Shown piece after piece: positions 13,606 through 27,234 of a DNA stretch of 64,000 nucleotides. Source of the DNA: Penicillus capitatus (lineage: Eukaryota > Plantae > Chlorophyta); contig OZ287697.1 in the NCBI GenBank assembly GCA_965649825.1, positions 2,032,351 through 2,096,350 on the forward strand, read 5' to 3'. The notes beneath the pieces were generated by a model, which was given only the letters and a program-made list of their open reading frames with translations, was not told where the DNA came from and did no database searches. Position 1 is the first letter of the stretch. The number at the start of each line of letters is the position of its first letter. A program made the translations under genes and the position numbers.

Positions 13606-14946
13606 TTATTTAAGAAGTCTCAGGCAACTGTGGTCGATCGCGATGATGTCTTTGATGTTCTTTCTGAGTTTTGTGCAGAGCACCTCCAGGGGTAAGATGC
13701 CAAAAGGCTCTTCAATTTGCACGCCGATCTCTTCGATGCCCACAAGGAGCGCCGCCACGAGCGGTATGATAACGACGATCCCCCAGTTACACGTCTGCCA
13801 AAAAGCAAAGGGCAGCCAAGTCAACCAGATCATCAGAAATCGCGTCGTGTGCCTAGACACAGACGATGCAGCAGGGAGACGATGACAGGTGCCTTGCCTG
13901 GTGTAGGAAAGAGGAATAGGTGTTGTGTAGATACGTTCACAGCCGCCGATAATATCTTCAAAGATGGTCAAATTATTCTGCAGCTGTAGCTGCTCCACTT
14001 CGTCCATGTTGCTCCTCGCCAACAAACGGGAGAGCATTTGGAGACAGAACATAGGTTTGTGTGGACTCTCCATCTGCACAGTCACATCATCCGTCTCTAG
14101 AATCCGTTGGATCCACAGACAGTGATCACACCAGGAAATGCATCTCGGATGACGTGAGATCATTCGAGAGTAGATCTGGAAGCTGATGCTCCGTACGCAA
14201 TGTCCACATGAGGGAATAGCTCAAAGCCATGAGCCATTTGGCAACGAGCTCCGTATCCTCCGCATCCGGAGCAAAGATCAAGAACTGCACCATGACCATC
14301 CATACAGTACTCGACTCGCATGCGATCGACTTAAGGATGGATGCTGCACTTGACGCAAGAGATCTCTCGAGCGGTTCAGTAATGTCCCCCACAGTTCCCG
14401 CGCCTCTTGCCATCGACGGTAGCTGTTGGTGGTGCGGTAAGCCAAGAGGAGGGACAGAGCAAACGAAGCCAGTCCTGTGATGTCTGGATCTGGAATGGTT
14501 AATGTTGGTAGGAAGGATGGCAGGAGTCCATCGACCAAAGCCGTCTCATAGCATCCCACCACGGCGGACACACTGGCCACCCAGATGACAGGAGGCACCA
14601 CAGACGATGCAATTCTCGATCTGGCATCTCACACATATGTCACACATCCAGATGCGTCACATCATGACGTCACGATGGAATATTGAAGATGTTTCTTGTG
14701 TAGCGCTCTGAGCTGCGATATCTGGGCCAGTCGGCTGGAGAGAACGTCTAGGACAGTCAAGCAAACGTCACATCAGAGTTTGAGGTGTCTGACCCCAACC
14801 TGTCGGCGAAATCGTCGTCCTTCTTCTCTGTCCCGGTCGAATGGACTCAGTTCCTGAAGACCGTCATGCCGGACGTCGGTTGGGGTGGCGGCGACAACAG
14901 ACAGACGCCGTGAATGGTGAAGCGCGGTCGTCGTAATCGACGTCAT
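13606..14946 (-). CDS. Chloroplast bestrophin-like anion channel (UPF0187, VCCN/BST type), multi-exon
   Basis: Ser/Thr/Arg-rich N-terminus, TFSPADWPRYRSSERY, YRTTNSYRRWQEARELWG, IYTTPIPLSYTR, GIEEIGVQIEEPFGILPL. Confidence 0.9.
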
Positions 14947-14976
14947 TTCTTCGCATGTCCATCCCCATCCACTATC

Positions 14977-17900
14977 ATGAATGAAGGCTTACTCGAGGCC
15001 CTCTCCACTCTCTACCACCATCCAGACCAACAGGAGAAGAAACGCGCCTCGCTGTGGCTGGAGGAATGGCGATTGACAACGGACGCTTGGAAAACGGCAG
15101 ATGGGATGCTGCACAGCGCCACGCGCAATGTCGAGGTGCTCTTCTTCTGCGCGCAGACACTCGTATTTAAAGTAGGCTAACACGAGAACCGACGTCCATG
15201 TCTCCCTCATCGCTGTATGCGCCGTGGCAGATTCAACAAGATTTTGAAGAATTGCCCTTCGATGAGGTGCCGCAGTTGAGGGACAGTCTCGTGACGCTCT
15301 TGGTGAAATTTAGTCGAGAGGAGGGGATGGAAGTTGTGCGGAAGCAGTTGGCATTAGCTATCGCTGCTTTCTGTGCTCATGTGCCTTCTTCTTTCTGGGC
15401 ACCCTCCAGATGCGTCTCCTGGATGGCTGAGCGTTTCTGGCATGAAAACGACGTCGCGTCTGTTGTCAGTCTGATGGAACTGCTCGTGGTTTTCCCCGAG
15501 GAGGCGAGGAACGATCGCATTGGACTGCATCCCAAGCGGCGCACACAGTATAGGCAAGAACTGGAGGAGAGCCTTCCACAAGTGATGGAGATTTTGGAAA
15601 AGTGAGAAAAGAGTGAGAATTGATGTTTTGCTGATGTGACGTCCTGTTCAGATGCCGTTCCATGGCCTCCATCGAACAACTCTTAAACGCCATGGGCAGT
15701 TGGTTAAGCCTCTGTGAAATGTGTGCGTTGCAAGGAAGCGAGGCAACCATGGAGGTCTTTGTGCAGTTAGCCACAGAGGCATTGGAGAATCCAGTCACTT
15801 TTTCTGCAGCGGTGGATTTCTTGTCGGAGCTGCTCTACGTCACGGGCAATGCGCCGTATCTCCCGGAGATGAAGGAAGCGACAGAAAGGGTGGCATCTGC
15901 TCTCATTCATCGCCACGCTCCGCAGCTCACGCAGGGAACAGTGGATGAGGATAGGAAGCCAGGACTGGCGCGACTGTTCTGTGATCTCGGATTCTTTCAT
16001 GAAGAGCTTGTCCTGACACAAGACGAAATGTCCTCCGCCCTTATCGGGGCGATTCTTGCTGTCACATCCGATCCCGATGAAGATGTTCACCAACATGTCT
16101 TTGATTTCTGGGAACGGTAAGATCCTCTCCGTTTCCGCCGCCGTTGCATAAGAAATGTCATACCGGGCGGCTAGACTGGCATATAGGGTGGCCCATTTGA
16201 TCAAAACAGAATCCCTAGCGTCGCAACGTGTGGATTACTATCGATCGATTTTTGAACGATTTACGACGGCACTTGTGGAGCTCGCAAAGTGAAGACGATG
16301 ATCATTTCATGGCTGCTGTTGGCTGACGTGTGCCCAAAGGTTGCCCGAGGACTATTTGGAGATGTCCTCAGAGGAGAGACGTGAAGTGAATCGTCGAAAT
16401 ATTTGTGTGGCAATGACGGATGCCGTCGATGTCCTTGGCGATCAACGATCGTTGCAGTCCCTCATCTCTGCCCTCTCCAATGCCTGCCAAGGAGGAACAG
16501 AGAACTGGCGACAGATCGAGGCATTGCTCGTCGCCATCGAGGCCATCTACAGCGGCTGCAGGAAGTGCAAGACAGAGATGGTGGGGCCACTGTTCCAAAC
16601 ACTTGGCGCCGTTCCCGATACTCCCGTCACCCAAGCCGCCATGTGTGAGTGTCTCGCCACTTATGCTTCCTGGCTGCCAGATTTGGCCGAGCAAACGGGA
16701 TCCGATCCCCTCGTCATGCTCCTTCCTGTGATCTTCAAAAATATGGCGCGGGCAGAATGGGCTGCTTCGGCGGTCGATGCCTTCGTGGGTCTCTGTAAAC
16801 ACTGCCGTCCGCATCTCCCTGCTCACATCCCAGAGCTGCTGGATCTACATCAACAAGTGCTGCAAGCTGCAAATGCTTTTCATCAGTGGATCCCTGCTGA
16901 CTCTTCTGAATTCTTGATGAAAGAATCCGATGCGCTTGAAGTGATGACGGCGCTCATTCACGGAATGTCGCGTACAGAGAACAAAGAAGTCGCCCGTCAG
17001 TTTCTCTGGACATTGTCCGAAGGCATCCTACAAGATCTCAACGGAGCTCTCGAATCTCTTCACTCTCCCACGCAACATCTCGAAGCCAAGCTGCAAGTCT
17101 TTGTGGCGAGATTGAAGATCGTTTTCAAAGGAAACACCATGAGCGTTATGTCCGCTCAGCTGCTTAGTAACTTCTCTGCCTCACGATTCTGGGCAGCTTC
17201 TGAGAAATGCATTTCTAGGTCAAATCTGTCCGAGTCTGCTCCAACTAGCCGACAGAGCTGCCAATCACTGCACTCTGGTCGAAGAAATCTCTACATGTCT
17301 CAGATATGCCGTCAAAGGCGCTGGACTCTTCGGATTCGAGACGCTGCCAACATTAGCCACTGCTTTGCCTCAGCTTTTCTCTGCCACACATTATTGTGGA
17401 TATCTTTACGTGGCGAGTGAGATCACAAAGATCTATGGACAGGAATCCGCCCATGCTTCTATTCTTCATCGCATGGTGACGGATCAGTTCTCCGTTGTCT
17501 GCAATGTCTTCCGAATGCCTTCCGATTTTACGGAGCATCCCGATCTGGCAGACGATGCGTTTCTCATGGCAGGTCGTGTGCTTAGCTATTGTCCCGAGGC
17601 TATGCTCAGTCACATCACACTTCTCACGGAGACGTTGGATACGGCAACCAAAGGTGGGCACATGTTTCGCACGTCACATCATCACATGCATGGCATGGTG
17701 GTGTACTAGGCGTGCTTGTTCAGCATGAAGATGCATGTCGTTCGATTTTGAGATTTCTGTCGCATTTGATGGAATACTATTGGCATCGAGATACTCTCCG
17801 AGAAGTAGTGGCCCCTCGAGGCGCCTTCCTTACACAGTATCTCACACCTGTCTTTTCATTTCTCACTCTTTTTTGAAGGGTTCTTATGGCGGGTGTGGTC

Positions 17901-18194
17901 GGAGGCTTGCCTCTAAGGGTACTTGATGATGTCGGCCGAACACTTCGTTCTATCCTCGTCGCTGCTAAAGATTCGGCTGTGGCCTGGATTTCACAAATTT
18001 TGGCTAAATTGCCCAATGCTGTTCTCAGTTCTCAGGAGAAGGCGACATTTGTCGAGAACGTCCGTTCGGATGAGGTTCATAAATCCGAGCGGACGTTTCA
18101 GCGTTTGATTGACGACTTTGCTGACATCTGTCGTCGCAGTCGCGTCGTCCGACAGGCGGCACAGTCGGCTCTGATACCTGAAGGCTATGTTTGA
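14977..18194 (+). CDS. TNPO3: Transportin-SR / importin-beta (TNPO3, MOS14-like), multi-exon
   Basis: EALSTLYHHPD...DAWKTAD, FFCAQTL, QQDFEELP, HPDLADDAFLMAGR, C-terminal FADICRR. Confidence 0.9.
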
Positions 18195-18232
18195 TGTGAC
18201 GTTTGTAGCAATAGCGTTTGTCACTCCCGACG

Positions 18233-19816
18233 ATGGCAACCATCGCCAAATGGTATTACCTCGACGCGAACAACGTTCCGACCGGTCCCCTCTCAACGAC
18301 GGGACTCGTGGGTGATGGCCAACCACTCCCTGTTCGCACGTTTACCCCGAACGAACACACAGGAAAGCTCGATAGTGGTGAAATGACGCGGGAAACGCTC
18401 TGCTGGTGTGATGGACGTGAAACGTGGCAATGTGCTGAAGACATCGCCGAGATTCAAGCAGCGTTGGGAGCGCTGCAGTCACATCCAGCCAAGTACACTA
18501 TTAGGCCCACCCACCCATAACTGATGTGACGTCTCTACTTTGTACTTTAGACGAAAGGAGGCCGATAAGCCAACCGTCTTCGATAAAGTACTGACAGAAA
18601 TGGAGGAGACAAAAGAGGAGCGGTTCGTGGATGACGATGGGACGTTGTATGTCTGGAACAAAGATATGCAGAAGTATGAGCCCCAAGACAAGACGTACGA
18701 TGTCGAATCGATGACCTTTCGTGGAAACGATGAGACAGTTCCGTCCCTGACGGAGACTTTGAAGAAAGCATCGGCGAAAGTAGGACGATGGATGAGGTCA
18801 GACAGACGATGCAGTGCACAGTAGGCAGAAACCAAACGCAAGGATGCCCCATCGGATTGGTCGGATCCCAAGAAAACGACATCGGTCTACGTCACAGGTC
18901 AACCCAGAGAAGAGGCAGATATGTGTGACAAAGGTATGGCATAGGATTGCCCGTCAATGCGACGGTTGAAGAGGTCGCGGTGCTCTTTTCGAAGTGTGGC
19001 ATCCTGAAAGAGGATGACGACGGTGTCCGTATCAAACTCTACAAGTCCAGCTTCTCGATAGCTTCCTTCTTGAGTGATCGGAAAAGTGTGACCGTGTGGA
19101 AGGGATAGGGAGAGTGGTAAGCCGAAGGGGGATGGACTGGTGACGTACATGAAAAGGCCGTCAGTCGAATTGGCCATCACCATTTTGAACGGAACACGAT
19201 TTCGCGAGAACGTGCGACAGACAATGACGATCCAAGAGGCAGAATTCGAAATGAAGGGCGAAACCAAAGCCAAGAAAAAACAGAAGACGAAGAAATCCAA
19301 AAAGGCATGTCCTTGGCCAATCGACGCCGTCTGTTGAGACAGTTCCAGGGAGGACGACAAGACAAGTTGCTGGGATGGGCTGGATTTGATGATCACATTT
19401 CCTCACACAAAGTTACGGTTATCCTTAAACAGATGTTTCGCCCGGAGGAGATTCGAAACGGAATCGTGACGAAGGAGGAGCTCAAAGAGGATGTCGAGAA
19501 TGAGTGTGCGAAGCTGGGCGAAGTGGATCGCGTCGTTGTCTATGGAGAGAATGCAGAGGGCGTCATCTCCGTCCGTTTTCGGCACGAGGAGGCAGCAGAC
19601 GTCTGCATCCAGCGCATGGACGGACGCTTCTTCTCCAAACGTCGCATCACAGCGCACAAATGGGGTAGACACAACCGTGCGACCAACGACACCACGTGCC
19701 GTGCCGTGCTGCCTCTAGATGGGTTCACGAAGTATCACAGAGCTCCAGAACCTGATGTGGTGCAAGACGAGGAAACTCGATTGGAGAAGTTTGCTCGAGA
19801 TCTGGAACAGAACTGA
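18233..19816 (+). CDS. Tat-SF1/CUS2-like splicing factor with N-terminal GYF_2 domain
   Basis: WYYLD...GP and LCWCDGRETW (GYF_2); RRM with FSKCGILKEDD, KGDGLVTYMKRPSVELAI; UHM with ECAKLGEVDRV...GRFF. Confidence 0.85.
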
Positions 19817-20192
19817 ATGTCGTGTCAGTCATCCCGTCGTGTCTGTTGTGGATCAGTTCGAGTAAGAGGATTCGTTCTTTGCATCAGCATCGACTCAGTT
19901 GTCACACAACTCATCCTTTCCACCACACTGCTCACTCTTTGTGCGTTTGGATCGGCCGATCGATCAGACGTGCGTGAAATCGTCATCGGAGTGGATACGT
20001 GCGCATCCACATCAGCGTTGGACTTCTGAGAGGTATCATCATCATATCGAAGCGATTGAACGTTGGCGTCATTGAAAAGCCGTCAGTACCACAGCCAGAT
20101 ATTTAAGATCATTATCACAATGCTGTGATTCGCCAAAAGCAGAGATGCATCACACGGCATAAAAGAATCCAGATGTGACAGGGACGAGGAGA

Positions 20193-21596
20193 TCAGGCGA
20201 GTTTTGCAACATCGATGAGTCTCTGTACAACACGTTGTGTGCCGACATCCATCGTGCATTCTTCGTACGGCAAGCCATGTTTGGCACAGAGCGCCTTGAC
20301 TGCCACTTGTGCTTTTCTGAGATTGTGCCGCGGCATGGTTGGGAATAGATGGTGCTCGATTTGATAATTGAGACCGCCCATGAAGAAATCAACAAAGGCA
20401 GAATGAACAATGTCGCGTGTGGAGATCACCTGCGCCGTCACAAAGTCCTTTGCCTCTCCATAGATCTCCATTCCGTTATGGCTCTGCACAAATGCCAGAC
20501 CCAGCATGAAACCTGACAGTGCTTGACTGAGGAGAAGAAAGAGCATGGCTTTGGTCCACGGCAGAGCCAAGAGAGCCATACCAATATGTATGCCGTAATG
20601 CAAACAGATTAAGAGGAATTCTGTCACTCCATGTCCCACACGGTATCTGTGTAGGGCATGACTGAATGATTGCTGTGCCCAGCTGAAACGCGCTAACAGA
20701 AGGATAGGGATAAAGAAGTGGTGTTGATAACGTATAAGTGTCCTCTCTGTCGGAGAGGACAATGTTCCCAGCATCTCAGCGCTCCATGCAAGCAAGGGCA
20801 ACGTATCGATGTCTGGATCCACAGCTGCATGATCTCCACTGATTTCGTTGGTGGCAGCATGGTGTGTATTGTGTTTCGATTTCCACCAGTTGACGCTAAA
20901 TCCTTGACAGATATTGCCAAAGAGATAGCCGCAGAGGTTGTTCCATCGACGGTTCTGGAAGACTTGGTGGTGGCAGAAGTCATGGGCCAGCCATCCCATC
21001 TGCTGCCAGAAGAGAGCCAGCAGAAATGCTGCCATGAGAAGGGCACCCCAGCCATCGGATGCAAAGAGGAGTGCCGCCATGGAAACGAAGATTGCGAAAT
21101 TGAGACAGGTCTTCCAGGCATAGAACAGAGGATCAGCTCGAAACATCCCCTTCTGCATCAGCTTCGTCCTTAGAGCGCGAAAATCGGTCAATAGCGTCGC
21201 CGTTTCGTCACTCAGCTGCATCGGCTCGGGCGCCAAATCGGCGATGTAGTACTTCTTGAGCGTCGTCCATGTCGTGGCGGCGTGAAAGGACGTAAAGATC
21301 TCAGTGGCGTCGCGACCTGCCTGCGTCAACAGCACCTCTCCGCCGGGGTGGATAGGTAGAAAGGATGTGACGTCATAGACTTTGCCCTTGATGATCATCC
21401 AGCAGTCGTGACGCCGATTGTGATGGGCCACGTCGTGCTTGGAGAGACGATCGTGGCGGCATGTTGGTTCGTGCAGAGCGCTGTCAGAGAGAGAACGACG
21501 CGGGTCGCCACCTGAGACCTTCCGTTGACTCTTGGACACGGAACACTTGACGAATTCGAGGCAGGCAAGCCAGACACAGCGAAAGAGGACGAGCAT
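20193..21596 (-). CDS. Cytochrome b5-fused front-end (delta5/6/8-type) fatty acid desaturase, intronless
   Basis: HPGG heme motif; His boxes HDFCH, HNTHH, QIEHH; start codon could be slightly different. Confidence 0.95.
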   Translation of the reverse strand: MLVLFRCVWLACLEFVKCSVSKSQRKVSGGDPRRSLSDSALHEPTCRHDRLSKHDVAHHNRRHDCWMIIKGKVYDVTSFLPIHPGGEVLLTQAGRDATEIFTSFHAATTWTTLKKYYIADLAPEPMQLSDETATLLTDFRALRTKLMQKGMFRADPLFYAWKTCLNFAIFVSMAALLFASDGWGALLMAAFLLALFWQQMGWLAHDFCHHQVFQNRRWNNLCGYLFGNICQGFSVNWWKSKHNTHHAATNEISGDHAAVDPDIDTLPLLAWSAEMLGTLSSPTERTLIRYQHHFFIPILLLARFSWAQQSFSHALHRYRVGHGVTEFLLICLHYGIHIGMALLALPWTKAMLFLLLSQALSGFMLGLAFVQSHNGMEIYGEAKDFVTAQVISTRDIVHSAFVDFFMGGLNYQIEHHLFPTMPRHNLRKAQVAVKALCAKHGLPYEECTMDVGTQRVVQRLIDVAKLA

Positions 21597-21664
21597 GGCT
21601 CTATAAAAGGTGTGCTCTACAGCAAATGACGGGAACGTGAGGTTCGGTGCAATGATGTGACGTT

Positions 21665-23206
<1,542 letters not shown>

Positions 23207-23522
23207 GCGCTCAAGTGCTTTCGGTGTTCACGGATTCGTACGTGCGTTTGTGCGCGAGGGGGGACAACGTCCAAGAGACACCACCACGTCACATCACACC
23301 CACCATCTATCACAACAGCTGCCATGCCAACGTCCGACACAGCAACGCCAAATAGATTTCGCTAGAATTGTCAAAACGTCACGTCACAATCTTTTCAAAA
23401 AACGCCAAACGGCCACAAAAAAGGCGACGATGCTCGTCATCTAGTTTCGTCTCCACAAAAAATCGCAATCGTTGATGCTGATGAAAAAAGCTCTTCAGTG
23501 ATCAGGAAAGGGAGGCACGCAC

Positions 23523-24553
23523 TCAACCATGTGCCACTTTCACGATAGCAGGCGCTTTCAAAACAAGACAGAACGGAATCTTCTTCACGGGGCAACAATC
23601 CGGATTGCATTTCTCGCCCCAAGCGCAGAGCTTGTCATAACATTTCACTGGCTCTTTGCACACCTTCACTTTCTTCGGCGTACAGACCTTCTCGTGCACG
23701 ACATCGCAGGACTCTTCGTTCTTGCAGACATCCTTGTATGCATCTCTGCACTTCCACACGGGTACTTTCTTGCAGACTCTTCGACGGATAGGCTTGCAGA
23801 CATGATCCTTCTTGCACTCTTCCTTCTCATCGCACACCTTCACCGGATGACAGCCACCCGATCTCGCCGTGGTGTCAACATTGGCTCTCGAGAAGGAACC
23901 CCTAGCCAATGCATGGCCGCTCGCTTTTGCCGCTTGGTTTCCGGCGAAGGCCGAGCCACGTGCGATGGATGTTGAATGGCCTCCTTTGGCAACGGCAGAG
24001 GCTGCTGTTTTGGCAACGCTTCCACCCGTGCACTGCTGTTTCGTATAACACTTCGGTACTTTGTGGCAGTTCACAACATCTTTGCACTCCTTGTCGTGGA
24101 CATATTCACATTTCTCTTCTTTGACCCAGTCGCAGACTTCGTGCTTGACGGGATGGCAAACCGGTTTGACGGCGCACACTTTCTTAGGCACCGTATCGCA
24201 GACGTCTTGCACGTGATACACGCAAAACTCGGGGTCTTTCACACAGTAGCCAGGATGTTGTGGACAATAAGGAAGGCACGTGGAACCGTAGGAGACGCAG
24301 CAACGGCCTTTTGGCCAAACACACGATGCGTCGCACCCTGCACGACATGACTTCGCCTGTGTCCTCCCAAAAAACAATGCACCTACCGTTATCGCCATGC
24401 CAGTCCTTGCAGTTTTCTGCGGTGATCTTTGAGATATCGCTACCGGCATGGACGCGCTGCCAAGAAAATTCAGCAAAGGGAAGAGTCAGCAATGTCCCTG
24501 ACCTGGGTCACGAGGCAGAGCACCAGGAGAGACAATGCGGTCAGGAACTTCAT
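23523..24553 (-). CDS. Secreted Cys-rich protein A (34 Cys in mature chain, mirror-symmetric Cys ladder), 3 exons
   Basis: Signal peptide MKFLTALSLLVLCLVTQ/RVHA; 46- and 49-nt GT-AG introns; Cys gaps 7,7,5,7,7,7,5,5,5 - 59-aa loop - 5,5,5,7,7,7,5,7,7. Confidence 0.85.
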
Positions 24554-25140
24554 CGTCGTCAAGGGAGCTCGCACGGCTTGAGGTGGAAGAGAAGAGGGCG
24601 TAGGATAAACGAGGATCGACAGTGGCCTTTTATGGCCATTCGCACGTTCGACGGATCGGTTGACAAGGACAGCAAAGACTCGTGACCGTACGAGGACGCT
24701 GACGCAGAGATGACTGACTGTGTCGACGAGGCGACAGCACCCGCCAGCTGTGTAGCACGTGCGGTCATATGACCTCGTTACAACCGTCGCCTCTTCACCT
24801 TCCTTTGCGACGGTAATCTTGAGCAAATGCCTAACGTTGCTGGCCGATCGTTCAGCTGCCAGAAGACAACGAATGATATGCAAGCACTCCCAAGGGGTAT
24901 CACCTCAAGGAGCCAATCCACTGACAAAGAGCAACGGAATGTATGCATCCTGATATGTCAGGCAGTCAGCAATGGTGTCTTCGACGGCCACGATCGATTT
25001 TTGACAAATGCTTAATGCCTGGCACGTGCATGACAACAAAGAATCGTTTTTCATAGGTTGGTATGTCATACAACTAATGAACACAGTGATTCTATCATGA
25101 GAAGCAGCGTCTTCATTTTGTGGATATGCATTTCGAATGC

Positions 25141-26040
25141 CTAGCGAACACAATGCGGCGTCTTTTCCTTGGAACAGCATTCCTTCATGCTGCATCTCTC
25201 TCCCGAGGCACACCATTTCCCACCACACATGACTGGAGGTTGACAAACCGTCTTCTCGGTCGTTTTGCATTCTTCTCTTTCAACGATTCTGCAAATGTTA
25301 GAAATTCCGCACGTTTGTATAGGAACGGTTTCGCAATGTTCTTCTGGGACAGCTTTGCACACTTCTACTGGTGTGCCCTCGCAGACATTCTCTATCTTAC
25401 ATGTCTGCACATCTTCACACGTGTAGATTCCGTCACACGGAGGAGGAGTATCCCCCGGCACTGTGCTGTTGTGATTTGCTGGCCACGAGCGGTCTCTTGA
25501 AGAAGAATCGCTACTGGAATGTGGAGAGTCAGTAGGGCAATCGTTTTTCCAGTGGCAACTCGGTGTTGGTTCGCATTTCTCAACTTGATAGCATTCCTGC
25601 TGCTCGACAGTTTCACACTTCTCGACGTACTTCGTTTCGCAGGTCTCTCCTCTTGAGGATTGGCAGTTCTCATCTTGCGTACACACTTCTCCGCTCACTG
25701 GGATACAGACCGTTTCGGGCACAACGCTGCAGAGACTGGCATCCTTGACGCAGGTCGGACAAGGGTTACACACGCGGGTGTGCTCGACGCAGCAACGTCT
25801 GCACGGTCCATGGCATCCTAGATCGCATGCGTTACCCGAGACTGTACGAGACAGGCAGACGCACCGCCTGGACCACGCCACTCTTCGCAGCGTTGTTCGC
25901 GCTCTCGTCTGTCTCGAATGCGGTCGGCAAGTGCACTCTGTCATCACCGTTGCGTCCGAACAAGAATAGCGAGGTGCGCGTCTTACTTGCACGAAGAGGC
26001 AAAGGACAACAGTAGATAACGCGTATCGGTGAATGTCCAT
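25141..26040 (-). CDS. Secreted Cys-rich protein B, tandem paralog of A, 3 exons
   Basis: Signal peptide MDIHRYALSTVVLCLFVQ/SALA; introns at homologous positions and phases to A; same ladder spacing and Cys count with a 33-aa loop. Confidence 0.85.
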   Translation of the reverse strand: MDIHRYALSTVVLCLFVQVRRAPRYSCSDATVMTECTCRPHSRQTRARTTLRRVAWSRRCVCLSRTVSGNACDLGCHGPCRRCCVEHTRVCNPCPTCVKDASLCSVVPETVCIPVSGEVCTQDENCQSSRGETCETKYVEKCETVEQQECYQVEKCEPTPSCHWKNDCPTDSPHSSSDSSSRDRSWPANHNSTVPGDTPPPCDGIYTCEDVQTCKIENVCEGTPVEVCKAVPEEHCETVPIQTCGISNICRIVEREECKTTEKTVCQPPVMCGGKWCASGERCSMKECCSKEKTPHCVR

Positions 26041-26331
26041 CAGAGTATTACGTGTGTTACTCGGTCTTGGCAGAGATAACAGAATCCGTGACCACAGCGC
26101 CAAAAACCCGCCATTTATCCTTGCGCCTACCTCGGACAGATCTGTCGAAAAGGACAGGGTCAGATCTCGAAGAGACAGATAGACATCCAGGTTGTCCGAA
26201 GACGACGTCGACGATCCGTAACGTGTGGATTGACTGATTGGGTATCACGTGGGTTCACACGATGGTATGTCCCATGGTGTTTTGAACGGCATACGGGGTT
26301 TGTTCACTTCATTGGAAACGTCTATGTGTGC

Positions 26332-26950
26332 TCAATCTTTGTGGCAAGCCATTTGCTCAGACGAGAGTTGAAAACTTTGCAGGAGGTGTTCGAGCGAGGA
26401 CAGTTTGTTTAGCGTCATGTTTCCCCTAGTGAGTTGAGAAAGAGTGGCGGCATGAGCGTCCTTGTTCATTAAAGGGCAGTTAAGCAGATGATCTCTTGTT
26501 TCTGGAGTCTCCTTGCAATACATGCATTTGTTCGTCTGTTCTGCCGGCTGTTTGTTTGAATCATCCGGGATAAGTTCAAGTAGGTAAATGGCCACAGAAG
26601 AATCGGCCGAGATCTCTGTCTGTTCGTCTAGGGAAGTGCTTGATTCAGGATTTTAACATCGGGAAGCTCGAGTCTATTCTCCTTCGCTTGAGAGCTTCTC
26701 CTTTTATCGTGTTTGGCCAGTTTTGAGGGTTTCTTCTTCTGATCTCCATCTGGGTCGGGAGGAGCCCTGCCAGGGCGAAGATTGCTTCGTACGGTGTAGT
26801 CCAGAATTAAAGTCCCCGGCGATTATCCATTCTTGCTGCTTGTGGTTCGTGCAGTATCAGTTTGTCAGCTCTCTGAGATCTTCGAAACTTACTCCGGTGT
26901 TAGGTCGAATGTATACCGAAATGATGTGCCTTTCCAATGTGTCGGCGACG
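26332..26950 (-). mobile_element. Degenerate, internally deleted non-LTR (LINE) retrotransposon remnant
   Basis: APE endonuclease piece IISVYIRP...WIIAGDFN with an in-frame TGA; post-RT thumb-like TPYEAIFALAGLLPTQMEIRRR; CCHC knuckle CMYCKETPETRDHLLNC; RT core absent. Confidence 0.75.
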
Positions 26951-27234
26951 GGAGAGAGTTCGGAGCGTTAGGCACTTTGGCGCTTTCGCGCTATGCGAAG
27001 TGTCGCGGCTTTGTCGCTCAGACGCGCAGAAACACGGACGATGACTAAGGCATATCGCTTACAAAGACTGTCTGTAGCATTACTAGTTCGGAATTTATAT
27101 CATTCCATGGATGGCTGTTCAAAGGTGGACAGCTAGCTGTCCATGACACGAAGGGGGTTACCCTCCGACATGCGCATAATCGTACAAACTAGAGATAACA
27201 ATAATGACTGTCTTTATTCGTCTTTTCTCGGAGG

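Noticed and set aside
18233-18480. GYF_2 domain fused to Tat-SF1 as a novelty
   Set aside because: As I recall, this architecture is already known in plant Tat-SF1/ELF9-type proteins
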